Positions 1-11,047 of a stretch of DNA of 64,000 bases are shown here, piece by piece. The first letter of the stretch is position 1. Every line of letters begins with the position of its first letter. The stretch comes from Perkinsela sp. CCAP 1560/9. Lineage: Eukaryota > Protista > Euglenozoa: Kinetoplastea. The notes under the pieces were generated by a model that was not told where the DNA came from, made no database searches, and saw nothing but the letters and a program-made list of their open reading frames with translations. The stretch is taken from contig CBFFSA010000001.1 of assembly GCA_965644495.1 (NCBI GenBank), positions 3,534,001 through 3,598,000 of the forward strand. Direction: 5' to 3'. The position numbers and the translations under genes were made by a program.

Positions 1-1449
1 GTGCACAATTGCTCACCTGCCATATCGGAGTCAGAACTGCGAGCAATTTTTGGATGTATCGGTCATGTTGAATCTCTCCGTAGACAATTTGATGCTCAGC
101 ACAATACTTTTCATTGGCTAGTTGAATACGTCGATGAACAGAAGGTTGCGACTGCAATTGATGCGCTACAGGGATATGAACTTCTTGGCATTCCACTTCA
201 GTTGTGTTCTAGCCAAAGATCTCCAATACCAGTGGAACTTGCTCCAACTTCAGCTGAACCAGCCATTCCTTCGTCCGCTAAATTAAAAATCGTTGGTTTA
301 CACTACTTGGATGAACAGATGCGTACATTCTTGGATTTGGATCTTAAAGACCATATTCAGAGAAACGAAGCTCGAATTATTGAACTGACGCAGCAATTAC
401 AAAATTTTGATCCGGTTCCGGCACATAGAGTCCCCTTTCTGTCTGCAAATTGTGTAACTCTTCATAAAGTCTCTAATGAAATTACGAGAGAAGCACTAGA
501 AAGTGCCATTGGGAGTCTTTGGCGGGATTCAATGTACGCTATCGAATGCCCATGTGATGATCCCATGAGTAGGCATTGGTTAATAGATTTGGGTAATACA
601 GCAAACGTTAAAAAAATTATACAGTGTCAAGTTTTGCGACTTCGGGATAACCCTCCGACCAGTGCCTTGTTACGTCTCCCAATTGAAAGTGAGGTCAAAT
701 ATGCGAGAAGTCAAGTGTACCCGGAAGAGAATGCGTCTTCCGAATATACTGCATTCGCAAAGGCACAAAAAAGCGAATCTCTCGCTTCAATTAACGAAGG
801 AGGAAAGATGACTGCACATCTAATTAAAGCGAAATCTGCAGAAGAGAATTTGTCAACGCGTGAGAGAACATCCGAAATAACGGAAGGTGCAGTAGTCTTA
901 GATGATGCACATATTAAGAAGGGGTCTTCTAGTTTGCCGCGTTATAATCAACCTTTGCGTAGTTCTGCTTCTACTTCTAGGGATAAAAAAGCAAATGAGG
1001 CGTACCATTACTCGGCTTCTACTTACAAAAGGAAGACCAGTTTATCTTCAGAAGAGTTGTCACCTCTAAGTCAAAATCAGATGAACCGGTCGCACAGCCG
1101 CAGTCCTAGACGCCGCAGCCCTCGTAGACACGATCAAAGAAGTTACAGTCCTAGACGCCGAAGTCCTCGCAAACGCGAACATAGAAGTCGAACACCCAGA
1201 AATCGTAGTCCCAGAAAACATAGCTCTCGAGACCGTAGTTCTTGTAGTCGAAATTCCAATAGGTATAGTTACCATCGAAGATCTCGAAGTCGTACGCCAC
1301 CCAGAAGATACTCGCGGCATTCTCGCAGTCCGACAAGGAAAATATCGAGTGGGAGCAAGTATCGCAGTCCCACACCGACGAAAAGAAGTCGACAACGACA
1401 TTACGAGCGTGTCTCGAGTCGCCACAATACTCACGGGAAAAGCTATTAG
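1..1449 (+). CDS. RRM-containing, RS/SR-rich RNA-binding protein (5' end probably outside window)
   Basis: Frame is open from base 1. N-terminal RRM-like pattern (VHNCSPAISESELRAIFGCIGHV...LVEYVDEQKVATAIDALQGYELLGIPLQL) and a long C-terminal RSRSPRRRSP tract. Confidence 0.8.
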   Translation: MHNCSPAISESELRAIFGCIGHVESLRRQFDAQHNTFHWLVEYVDEQKVATAIDALQGYELLGIPLQLCSSQRSPIPVELAPTSAEPAIPSSAKLKIVGLHYLDEQMRTFLDLDLKDHIQRNEARIIELTQQLQNFDPVPAHRVPFLSANCVTLHKVSNEITREALESAIGSLWRDSMYAIECPCDDPMSRHWLIDLGNTANVKKIIQCQVLRLRDNPPTSALLRLPIESEVKYARSQVYPEENASSEYTAFAKAQKSESLASINEGGKMTAHLIKAKSAEENLSTRERTSEITEGAVVLDDAHIKKGSSSLPRYNQPLRSSASTSRDKKANEAYHYSASTYKRKTSLSSEELSPLSQNQMNRSHSRSPRRRSPRRHDQRSYSPRRRSPRKREHRSRTPRNRSPRKHSSRDRSSCSRNSNRYSYHRRSRSRTPPRRYSRHSRSPTRKISSGSKYRSPTPTKRSRQRHYERVSSRHNTHGKSY

Positions 1450-1772
1450 ACTTTGCTTTAGTCGGACATTTTTTTGCTATAGATTTCTTCACGTTAGCAC
1501 ATGACACTACTTATTGAGGATTCTTAAAGTTTTATTACTCTAGTTACAGATGGGTAGACTTTGGATGCTTCTTCAGATTTTCACTTACACATTAAAATCT
1601 CTTTAAAATGTGTCTGTGCTTCTACACGATGCTATTCTACACGATACTCTGAGCACTACTCAAACTCGAAAAGCAAAGCAAGCGAGTTAGCGTAGCATGC
1701 CGCTCGTGTTCTTGGAGCTTTAGTGCTGAAGAATATTTACCAAAAAACTCAAGTGTTCAAGCAACGTCTTCC

Positions 1773-3656
1773 ATGGGACTTAATGTACCACGGGCAATAC
1801 GAGGCATGTTGGGACCTTCTGTCGTATCTTCGCTTAATTCTCTTTTTGAGAACGAGCATTGGGTTCCTCCACGGGCTCTTGAGCGTCACCTAAATGCCCT
1901 TGATCAATCCCTTCTCTCTTTGCAAGATTTACTTCGTGATGATTCAAGATGGGAATCACGAGATTTCATGAAAGCGAGAAATGAGGTATTGCGTGACGTG
2001 TTCTACGACCCAAGTTTAGTGTGGTCCGATCGCGAGAAAGAAAGTGGACTAGGCGGTCTCGTGGAAAAGGGGGTATTAAAGGTGGCTCGAGTAGATGGAG
2101 AAACGCGATATCTTTTAGGGGAGTCGTCACGGGTCGCGTTAACTGACCTTATTATTGGTACTGCATCTTTTCCCGAGACCTCAAGCAATGTTATGGGGCG
2201 ATGCGTGAAGCACAGTTCCCTCGGGAAGCCACTTGATAAGACCTGTGTAGCCTGTTTAAGAGCATCTATCTATTGGTACGCGAGTGACGTATTCAATCAT
2301 GGTCTCATGTTCCGGGGCCTCAAAGGTGGAATAAACGTCCACGCTTCCACTAGTGAACATGAGAGTTCCCATGTAGCAAACAGTACATCCTTTAATATTG
2401 CCAATGGCACGCCATACGATCGCAAGAATGGGATGTCAAATGTTTCTCGAATAGTCTCGAAGATCCCTGCACAGCTCAAAGTTGGATCCTCGAAAGAAAA
2501 GTTTATTGAAAATTTTCTATTTTTTTGCAAGAATCATTTAGGCTCCGGTTGGACTTGGTTAGTTTACGACACGAAGGGAGAAAAGGTCGATGTGCTAAAC
2601 ACGCCGAATCATATTTGTGCCCTTGCCGTAGGATTTTGGCCGCTCCTTTGTCTAGATATGTGGGAGCATGCCTGGGCTTTCACGGAGAAGGACTTTTTGT
2701 CATTAAAAACAAAGAAAAATTTTGACGACAACGACCCTCCACCATGGACTCGAGCAGCAAGAAGAAAAATTCGCGGACTGCCATCTCTTGCCGCAACCAT
2801 AACCACCCCAGCGGTCTACACTTCGTCCAGTCCGCAGGAGGAGAAAGAAAAATACGTCTTCTCTTATCTAGATTGTGTGGATTGGGAGTTTGTTTCAGGA
2901 CAAATCCGTGCAGCGCAGTCGTGGCAAACTCGAAAAGATGTTGAAACACAGAAATGGGATTCATTCGTGCGCAGCGAACGCGACAAGGCGGAGGCAGAAA
3001 TGAAAAAAGCAGCCTCGGTTGAAAAATTAAAGGAGGAAAGTTTGGACGAGGGTGTTCAGGACTCTGAAGACACTGCAGAGGCGTCCGAAGAGGAAGTAAA
3101 GGACGAGGACGACACGAGTTCAGGTCGAAATGAAGCTGAGCTAGAAGATAACGACGAGGAAAATGACAATAAGGAATCACATAAGGACATCAATGATTCT
3201 ATCGCTCCGGGTTCTGTGGAGACCCAGCATAAATTTGAAAGTCAACAACCTTCCTCTGTTGGAGACGAACTGGGTGACGAAGCTGAAGGAATTTGTATCG
3301 GAGTAGGTAGTGAGGTTACGTCCCGTGAACTTGTAAAGAAATCTCTCCTTGCAGAGAAAGGGGATGTTGAATCTTTCGTAAGTTCGAAAACGCCGGTCTC
3401 TAGTATTGTCTCATCCTGTGACGCATCTAGTGACACTCTATCTAATGCGGGAAAGGAATCTTTAAAAACATCTACATCCACCACATTAGAAGAGCAATTG
3501 TGGAATGATATGTTCTCCGACCAAGAGGATATATCTCCAAGCGCTTCAAAAACTGAACCTGATGCAGTCTCGCATACGGATGAGAAAGAAGATGAAGAAG
3601 ACGATCTTCTTTATTCTTCGAAATTAAAGAAAGGGTCACCGCCGATGGATGAATGA
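1773..3656 (+). CDS. Fe/Mn-SOD-fold protein with acidic low-complexity tail; possibly non-catalytic (mitoribosomal mS42/mS43-like)
   Basis: SOD motifs VFNHGLMF, GSGWTWLV and PLLCLDMWEHAW are present. The N-terminal HxxxHH ligand region is degenerate (ERHLNALD). Long insertions and a ~220-aa D/E/S-rich tail. Confidence 0.75.
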   Translation: MGLNVPRAIRGMLGPSVVSSLNSLFENEHWVPPRALERHLNALDQSLLSLQDLLRDDSRWESRDFMKARNEVLRDVFYDPSLVWSDREKESGLGGLVEKGVLKVARVDGETRYLLGESSRVALTDLIIGTASFPETSSNVMGRCVKHSSLGKPLDKTCVACLRASIYWYASDVFNHGLMFRGLKGGINVHASTSEHESSHVANSTSFNIANGTPYDRKNGMSNVSRIVSKIPAQLKVGSSKEKFIENFLFFCKNHLGSGWTWLVYDTKGEKVDVLNTPNHICALAVGFWPLLCLDMWEHAWAFTEKDFLSLKTKKNFDDNDPPPWTRAARRKIRGLPSLAATITTPAVYTSSSPQEEKEKYVFSYLDCVDWEFVSGQIRAAQSWQTRKDVETQKWDSFVRSERDKAEAEMKKAASVEKLKEESLDEGVQDSEDTAEASEEEVKDEDDTSSGRNEAELEDNDEENDNKESHKDINDSIAPGSVETQHKFESQQPSSVGDELGDEAEGICIGVGSEVTSRELVKKSLLAEKGDVESFVSSKTPVSSIVSSCDASSDTLSNAGKESLKTSTSTTLEEQLWNDMFSDQEDISPSASKTEPDAVSHTDEKEDEEDDLLYSSKLKKGSPPMDE

Positions 3657-4027
3657 AAGGTTTTCCCTTGAATATTGATTTTCCGAAACATTTTTTACTG
3701 ACGTGCCACGGTTTCCTAAGCCTGTAGGAAGTCAGTAGGTCTTGATGCAATTTTATTTTTGGCTAGGCCTTGTTTTTTGTCTGACTACAATTGTCTCTTT
3801 GTTTTCAAATTTCTTACAGTTGATTTTGCATTCAGCAGTAAGTAGCGTACAGCAGGAGGGTTGAAACCTGTCAGGTTTTGCCGGGTTTTGCCAGGTTTTG
3901 CCAGGACACCTATTTTGGGGGGGTCACTTTGGGAGGCGTGCCACGGCTTCAAGAAGGGGTATTTTCGACGAAACAGACCTGGAACTTAGGTGTCAGTGAG
4001 GTTCCTTTTGATGCCATCACAAATCAT

Positions 4028-4384
4028 ATGATGGAATTTTTGAAGAAGTGTTATGGCGGGGTATATGAAGATAGCAAGCGGGATCGGGAGGTTGTGATTC
4101 AATGGTTCAAGACGATTTGGCGTGGTCTACGAGGTGGGACTATTGAATACGGCAGAGTGCACCGCGATCGCAGTAAAAATCTTAAGGAGAAGGTGCAAGA
4201 AATTTGTAGCCGCACGGATGAGATTCTTGTAGAGTTCAAGAAGGTGCAAAGAGAGGTCGGAGAATTGCGGGATGAAGTACTTGCTCTACGGAAAAAAGTG
4301 ATCCATCTTGAAATTCTGAGTATCAAGCAGACGACTGAAAGCATGGGTGAAGTCCATGGGGAAGGAATGAAGAAAGGAATTTAA
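4028..4384 (+). CDS. Small coiled-coil ORF inside the transposon, function unknown
   Basis: ATG at 4028 within ORF 3878-4384; heptad-like LKEKVQEI...VGELRDEVLALRKKVIHLE. Confidence 0.35.
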   Translation: MMEFLKKCYGGVYEDSKRDREVVIQWFKTIWRGLRGGTIEYGRVHRDRSKNLKEKVQEICSRTDEILVEFKKVQREVGELRDEVLALRKKVIHLEILSIKQTTESMGEVHGEGMKKGI

Positions 4385-4387
4385 TTA

Positions 4388-4955
4388 TGATGGACGGGTG
4401 TCCTTTAGCATGGAGCGGACCATTTGAAGGGCGGATGCGAATGTTTCGCAAACTCTTCGATCCCTGGATTTTCGCATAAAAAAGATGAGTTATGGCCGAT
4501 AAGGCATATAAACGTTTATAAACGTACGACATTGTCTATGCCAAGAAAAGGGTAATGATATTGATGAGCAATTCGACATGGAGTTTCGGCGAATAAGAAA
4601 TCGGATCGAACGCTTTTTTGCTCATATAGATCACCACAAAATTCTTCACTATAATCAACACCGCATTGATTTTGTCAAATCCGGCTTTGGACTGCTTTGG
4701 AATGCAGAATGCTTTCGGTGGAAATTTTGCAAGCGAGAATTGTAACGCGACACGGTGGTTATGTTAGATGCTGAGTCGAAGTTTGTAAACGAGTGGAAAT
4801 CTAGGCCAGATTGTTTGTGTACATTTTTTAAGGATGATGCTAGAGACAAAGAAGCAATAAAAGATTACCGCGACAGTATAAAGCGAGAACTTTACATTTC
4901 TGGGATCAGGAATGTAGGAAAGTGCCCAGCACATGCCAAGAAATCGGATGTAACA
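4388..4955 (+). pseudogene. Frameshifted DDE_Tnp_4 (PIF/Harbinger/ISL2EU-like) transposase C-terminal fragment
   Basis: Across frames reads MADKAY...DIDEQFDMEFRRIRNRIERFFAHIDHHKILHYNQHRIDFV...EWKSRPDCLCTF. Clearly homologous to ORF 9795-10256(-). Confidence 0.7.
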
Positions 4956-4957
4956 TA

Positions 4958-6072
4958 CAGGGGGGGTCACGAAAAAGGTGGGGGGTCTAAAATTTGTACC
5001 GTGCGAGCTTTTGACCTAATTCCTTCGGCATTCAACAGATCTCGAAATTTTAAGACTACTGGCACCATTGTTGCCGCCCCTGAAGCTGATATGACGTCAT
5101 GATAAATTTTTACTGAATTTTTTACCTGAAAATTCTGCAAGAAATCGGATTTTTATCATTTTTTATCATTTTAGCCCATTAATCTATGAATAAAATACCA
5201 CTTAACTCTTTCTAACACATCTTTTATGCCGAAAACACTTCGCCGCCAGAGGCGCACCCTCTCGACGCAACAAATCACTTATGAAACACGTAATTTGCGT
5301 CCATGAGGTACAAAACCAGGGACGTTCGATTACAGACACTGCTGCTCTTATGAAATGCAGTGAAGCAACTGTCTCTCGATGGGTTAAACGCCACCGGGAG
5401 ACAGGAGGGTTAGAACGTATAAAATACATACGTAAGAATGCGATTGATAATGAAGAGTTTCGAATAATGTTAGAATCTATTGTAGATGAAGAAAATCAAC
5501 GTAGTCCCATTGGCTGTCCATCTTGGAGGTGGGTTCACCGCCAGATCGATCAAACCAAGTACCCATGCTCTCTTTCATCTGTGAAAAGATCACTGAAAAG
5601 GAGCGGGTACATAAGCAGAAAAATGAGGAAAGTTCCTCATCTCACGCCTCAGCACAAATTCGACCGCCTGGAGTTGGCAAATCGTTTGGAGAGGTTCACC
5701 CCTTTTCAATACGCCCATATTCTGTGGACGGATGAAAAGATTTTTAAATGCGGGTACCACTCACGCAATATTTGGTACATTTGCAAAAGGTCACATGAAC
5801 CCCTTGAGGTACCAAAAGATGTTGAGAAATATTTCGGAGGAAAGGGGGTTCATATTTGGATGGCGGTGAGCCTTGAATGGGGGGTTCCCAAGGTTCACTG
5901 TTTTCATGAGTTTGCGGAGAATGAGACGGTCACTAATGAAACGTTTCTCTCTGCCATGACAAAACGAAATAGTTTCTACAACTGGTTAAAGCGTAAACCA
6001 GCGGCAACAGTGATCATGGATAACGCTCCGGGCCATAATCACGCTCGCCGCGCTTTGTTTATACAAAGCTAA
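4958..6072 (+). mobile_element. Tc1/mariner (IS630 superfamily) element, 3'-truncated; transposase ORF 5281-6072
   Basis: TA|CAGGGGGGGTCACGAAAA terminus. ORF has an HTH (ALMKCSEATVSRW), HILWTDEKIF, HIWMAVS and VIMDNAPGH, then stops before the SPDLxPIE motif. No right TIR seen. Confidence 0.8.
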
Positions 6073-6489
6073 CGAAAAGTGAAATTCAGAGGAAAAACGA
6101 AAAGTTGAAACTCATACACGATGAAGAACAAACTTCCAAGAGAAAGTTTCGCAAATATTCCAATCGGATGGACAAGAAAATGTTTAATCAGAACGAATAA
6201 TTTATTCGTTCATTATTATAATGTTATCAGAATCCGTGATACTATCCTCAGCTGTAAAAGAGTGGAGGAAGGCGGGTGTCCGCTAATTATTAGATAGGGT
6301 AATTTTTACTGAGAAAAAAGAATATCAGAATAATTTCAGTAAGGGCACGACGGAGGTCAACTATTCTTCACTATTTTTGACTAAGTACTTTTCTTCACTA
6401 CGTCAGAGTGGACTTCGCGGTTTTTGCCAGGTTTTGCCAGGTTTTGTCTTTCGTAGGTTTCAACCCTCTAAGTTAGTTGATTTTTCACT

Positions 6490-7221
6490 ATGATACTACA
6501 TACATGTATGATAGCTCCCGCGGACGAACCACATTGTAACCACTGCATCACGAAACCCCGCTGCGCAAGTAAAGTACATTCCAGTGTTTTACCTCCGGAG
6601 TACCGTCTTGCCCAGGTAGTACACAATATTTCCAATCCGGCACCATCTTGGAAGGTCACACACTCAGCATGTGAATGGGAAGGCGTCTCCTGTGACCTCC
6701 ATGGCAGAGCTTCAAGCATTGACTGGGAGTTGCCAACCCGAACCCTAAGCGGAACACTTGACATTATTCTACTTCCTGGTACTGTTGTCTCGTTTGATTG
6801 TTGCGAGAATGAAATTGTAGGTAAGGTGGATCTGATTGGTCTTCCGGAGGCTTTAAAAAAGATAAATCTAGCGTACAACTTTTTTACGGGAAAAGCTTCG
6901 TTGCATTCATTACCCAGCACATTGCAGCGTCTTGTTTTGGCCGAAAATGAGCTACAAGGCAGGGTCGATTTAACTCAGCTTCCTACAACACTGTCATTTC
7001 TTTCACTTCGTTGTAATCATTTCTATGGAAAACTTAACTTTCTTCATCTTCCCCAACATCTTGCTGTTCTTTATCTGAACCAAAACAGGTTTTCTGGGTT
7101 AGCTAACATGCGCAATTTACCTCCAAAGATGCGTATCATAAATTTATGCGAAAATTGCTTCAGTGATATAGTACCGAGGCCCGCTCCGCTATGCGTGGCC
7201 ACAATTGGAATGTTTGCTTAA
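6490..7221 (+). CDS. Small leucine-rich repeat protein (paralog 1)
   Basis: LRRNT-like SWxxxxxACEWEGVSC followed by LPxxLxxLxLxxNxFxGxVDL repeats. Confidence 0.85.
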   Translation: MILHTCMIAPADEPHCNHCITKPRCASKVHSSVLPPEYRLAQVVHNISNPAPSWKVTHSACEWEGVSCDLHGRASSIDWELPTRTLSGTLDIILLPGTVVSFDCCENEIVGKVDLIGLPEALKKINLAYNFFTGKASLHSLPSTLQRLVLAENELQGRVDLTQLPTTLSFLSLRCNHFYGKLNFLHLPQHLAVLYLNQNRFSGLANMRNLPPKMRIINLCENCFSDIVPRPAPLCVATIGMFA

Positions 7222-7771
7222 TCACTAGGCGAAAAAATACTAACAGGAAGAAGCAGAAGTATCAATGCTACTATTAAACTCGATCAATACCAGCGTTAAC
7301 GGCGGCCCCAAAGTACATATACTTGTCAATACCTGTCTTTAGGATATCCCAGAGTTCATTTGCAAGAACAGATTCGTACTGATGCAGCTTTTCAGTCTTG
7401 GGAAAAAATGTAGGAAATTGCTGAATTGTGATGTTAGATGGACATTGTTCAAGGAAAGACCGAACGTCAAGAACTGTTGCGAAGGAATGCTCATAAGCGC
7501 ATGCATGCAAGGAACGGTGCGAGTAGCGTAAAATCCAGCCTCCTTGTTGCTTGTCAAGGCGACCTGGACGGCTGTAGCCTGCTCCGGCTTGACTCGGATT
7601 TCACATTCTCTCCTATGATGATAATAATTTCGTGTCCGACAATGAGACTCGAAACGACAGCCAGGGGCAGTGCATTCGTAGCTGGCCGGAAGCTCTGATA
7701 AAATTCTGGAGATTCAGCTCAAGGTCGCAAAGTTAGGAAAGTAGTAAATCTGTGAGAAGTAATTAATTATT

Positions 7772-9670
7772 AACCGGACTCCCCGGCGGGGCACCACTCT
7801 TCCTACAGGCCCATCGCCATGGGAGAGTGCATCCTCAAGGTGGCGGGGCTCCTTGCCCTGGAGAAAATCCGGGAACATCTCCCCACTTACTTTCAGGGCA
7901 TCCAGTTTGGAGCCCAATACACGCAGGGGTGTGAGCACATAATTTATAATGTGCGACAGCACTTCAGGGACAGGCCGAAGGAGGTCATCGTGGCGGCAGA
8001 CCTCGAGAACGCCTTTAATAGCATCTCACGGTCGGCAATTTTTAGGGCGGTAAGGGGGGATCCGAAACTCCTCCCCATTGAGGGCATCACCCTGTTCAGC
8101 TACGGCACCACCAGTACCCTTCACCTTGGGGAAGGCCAATGCATCACGAGCTCAAGGGGGGTCAAGCAGGGCGACCCCATGGCTCCCATCCTATTTGCCA
8201 TAGGGATCCAGGGGGCAATCGCCAGAGTGGCGGCCAACTTCACAGGCACGCTGAAGGTCTGGGCGTACCTGGATGACGTCACCTTTGATGGTGAACCCAA
8301 GGTTTGCGCGGAAGCCCTAGAGGCCCTCCGCGAGGAGCTGAAGCATCTTGGGCTACGGTTAAATACTGCTAAATGCAAAGTAGCTACCAGACGCGAGGAC
8401 CTCTTCTCCGAGTTCTCCGGATCTCGCATGGTCCACTCCCCCGGGGGGGTCAAACTACTGGGGGCCTTCATCGGGGTGTCGGAGGCTAGGGAGGAAGAAT
8501 GGGTGCTTTCCAAGGCCCCCAAGGTAATCTCCTTCCTGGGGAAACTCAAGGACATTAGCAGGCAATGCGCCTTGCCCCTTTTAAGACTCTGTGGGAGTCC
8601 TCGATGGAACTACATCGTAAGGACCCACGACCCCCCGGTCACTAAAGTGGCCAATACCCAGGTCGACAAAGCCGTCCTGGCATGTGCTGAGGCCTTGCTC
8701 GGGGGGATGGGCTCCTTGGGAAAAACGCCGTTCTCCAATAACCTTTTCACGGCAGATTTCCTGGGGACCATCCCCTTCGCGCACAAGGCGGAAGACATGC
8801 AGGCCAAGGCGAAGAACGCCCTACAGGGCCGACCCCAAGGCATGTCAGCCAAGGAACAGCGGCGCAACCTCTGTGAGGCCGCGTTGGGGAAAGCCCCGAC
8901 GGCCACCCAACTGGTCTGCATGCGACAGACCCAGAACATTCACTCCACTAAGTGGATGAACGCATGGCCCAACAGGCCGGAGTATTACATGCGGGACCCG
9001 CAGTGGGAGACTGCGGCCCGTCTCCGGTACTTGGTCGCCCCCACCTCGGAACCTGAGCTCCAGTGCGTGTGCGGTGCAACCCTCCGCAATGAGGAGTTTT
9101 GCGTACACGCACTGGATTGCAAAAAGGTTAAGGGGAAGACCCAGGCCTCCCGCCACAAGGAGGTCAAGGAAACCTTTCGAAACCTTCTTGTGCAGTATGG
9201 TTTCAAACCGGACCTACACGAACCGAGGTTCGACAATGGACGGGGGCCCGACATATGCTTCCAGCTGGGACGGAAGACTGCCCTAGTTGATGTCACCGTG
9301 GTGAACCCACTGGCCCCGTCCTACGTGGAGAAGGAGGCCGCAGAGCCCTCTCATACCCTGAGGATGGCAGAGGCCAACAAGCGGCGCTCACACGATGAGA
9401 TGGCGACCGCCCGAGGGATGGAATTTTACCCCTTGGCATTCACCACGTATGGGATCCCGGGCCCAGAGACTTTGAACTTCCTAACCAAGGTGGCCCGGGC
9501 TCACTCATCCGACAAGAACGGATGCATGTCCCACCTTCTGATGGCCATAGGGGTGGCCATCCAGAAAGGTAATGCCCAGATTGTACAGGCGGCAGTACAG
9601 GACTGGTACCGCCGCGGGGTACGAGGCTAGCTGGGCGATGGGATTAGGGAAAAAAAAGGAAAAAAAAAAA
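7772..9670 (+). mobile_element. 5'-truncated non-LTR retrotransposon (CRE/SLACS-like, RT plus restriction-like endonuclease) with poly(A) tail and 11-bp TSD
   Basis: AATTAATTATT at both 7761-7771 and 9671-9681. A-rich tail at ~9650-9670. Visibly more GC-rich than flanks. Frame is open to the 5' junction (PDSPAGHHSSYRPIAMGE). Confidence 0.92.
7819..9630 (+). CDS. Reverse transcriptase - Zn knuckle - RLE endonuclease (N-terminally truncated)
   Basis: ADLENAFNSI, GVKQGDPMAP, AYLDD, LNTAKC, KLLG; CVC-x10-HALDC; RHKEV; PDI...DVTV...EANK; FYPLAFTTYG...AIQKGNA. Confidence 0.92.
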   Translation: MGECILKVAGLLALEKIREHLPTYFQGIQFGAQYTQGCEHIIYNVRQHFRDRPKEVIVAADLENAFNSISRSAIFRAVRGDPKLLPIEGITLFSYGTTSTLHLGEGQCITSSRGVKQGDPMAPILFAIGIQGAIARVAANFTGTLKVWAYLDDVTFDGEPKVCAEALEALREELKHLGLRLNTAKCKVATRREDLFSEFSGSRMVHSPGGVKLLGAFIGVSEAREEEWVLSKAPKVISFLGKLKDISRQCALPLLRLCGSPRWNYIVRTHDPPVTKVANTQVDKAVLACAEALLGGMGSLGKTPFSNNLFTADFLGTIPFAHKAEDMQAKAKNALQGRPQGMSAKEQRRNLCEAALGKAPTATQLVCMRQTQNIHSTKWMNAWPNRPEYYMRDPQWETAARLRYLVAPTSEPELQCVCGATLRNEEFCVHALDCKKVKGKTQASRHKEVKETFRNLLVQYGFKPDLHEPRFDNGRGPDICFQLGRKTALVDVTVVNPLAPSYVEKEAAEPSHTLRMAEANKRRSHDEMATARGMEFYPLAFTTYGIPGPETLNFLTKVARAHSSDKNGCMSHLLMAIGVAIQKGNAQIVQAAVQDWYRRGVRG

Positions 9671-9685
9671 AATTAATTATTCTTT

Positions 9686-10330
9686 TTAATTTGCTTCTGT
9701 TGCGCTTCTTTCTATTATCCTGCCTTTTTTCAGACCTGCATGAGCAGCTTTCTGCGAAGCTGCCTTAGACTTCAGTTCACTCCTTGTTAATTTATTATGT
9801 CTCCTGATTTTTTTCCCATGGGCGGAGCACTTCCCAAAGCGGGTGACCCCAATCTTCTTGAGAGCATGCGAATATTCCCCGATATTCCCCTGTATTCGCT
9901 GCGTCTTCCATGTCGTACCTGTGAAATGTGCAATGGCACATGGGCCGGCTTTTCCATTCCTGTACAACGGAATGATCAAGTGGAATTTTTTCTATGGTAT
10001 CGTGATAATATTTTGTTTCGTCAATTTTCCAACGAATGCATTCCGCATTACAAGTAAGCCCGAACACCAATCTAACGAATTCGACACGGTGTTGATTATA
10101 ATGGAAAATTTTATGTTGATCCAGAAACGCAAAGAAGCGCTCTACACTATTTCGGATTCGGCGGAATTCCACATCGAACTCCTCGTCTATATCATCTCTC
10201 TTTTCCTGGCAAAGGCAATGCCGCACACTTATGTAAGCTTTATCATCCATTATCATTTCATCCTGGGTCTGTGGCTAAGCATGGAAAACTTAGCGTCGCT
10301 GGACGTTTTAGTGTCCGCTTATTTGAGTGC
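9686..10330 (-). pseudogene. Second DDE_Tnp_4 (Harbinger-like) transposase remnant
   Basis: MDDKAY...FRRIRNSVERFFAFLDQHKIFHYNQHRVEFV...EWKSRPMCHCTF, with a frameshift into ORF 9686-9979 (basic C-terminus). Paralog of 4388-4955. Confidence 0.75.
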
Positions 10331-10681
10331 ATAATCAATTTCCGAAGGCCAGCATACCCATGCAGTTTTGGCTCGCAGTGGCTGGCAGCGTTTGACAGCG
10401 TACGGCAGCGTATGACACGAATTTGAGAAAAATGAAATTAAATTATTGGCCGCACTTGTATTTGAAAAGGAAAAATTCTACTAGAATTTTTTGTTTTACA
10501 AAAACATCGCCTTTCAGGAACCTTTCACCTTCAATACTCAACTTCAATTCAGTCTGAACTTCAATTCATCACCGAATTCAGCACAGTCCCTTCAGATTTC
10601 AATCCTTTCCGCACTGAGTTCACGTTAAAAAGAGCACGAACGGCTACTTTCGTCTTTGCGCAGGTGACCATTGAGCCGAGC

Positions 10682-11047
10682 TTATATCACCGCCCCGTTT
10701 AGTTCCTGCAGCAAGAGCTGAAATTCTGCATAGATCCGCTTGCGTGGCATGCTACAGGCATCTGCGAGAGCGCCTAGGAGGCTTTTAGTGTTCTCATGCA
10801 AACATCCACCCGAAAGACCTAGCACACATTGAAAGCTATCAGACCGGGATTTTTCCTGTTCTGACATATGTATCTTGTTTTCGTTCATAGTAAATCTCAC
10901 CTGTGGCCCAGTACACGACGTTGTCTGGGCCGGATCGACGAAAGGACCGTCCGACACACGTTTTTTCGTGAAGTTTTCGATGGTTCGAATTTCACTCAGC
11001 AAGCTTGACCGCACCGAGACCCCGCCGAGACCGTACCGAATCCCCAC
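10682..11047 (-). pseudogene. Possible remnant of an RLE endonuclease C-terminus from another non-LTR retroelement
   Basis: EQEK...FQCVLGLSGGCLHENTKSLLGALA...FQLLLQELNGAVI parallels EANK...FYPLAFTTYG...LTKVA...AIQKGNAQIV of ORF 7819-9630. Confidence 0.35.

Larger units (their letters stand above)
3856..6468 (+). mobile_element. Degenerate DNA transposon (PIF/Harbinger/IS5-like) with 14-bp TIRs, carrying a nested Tc1
   Basis: GAGGGTTGAAACCT at 3856 and its reverse complement AGGTTTCAACCCTC at 6455-6468. Subterminal (GTTTTGCCAG)n repeats at both ends. Internal transposase remnants. No clean TSD. Confidence 0.7.
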
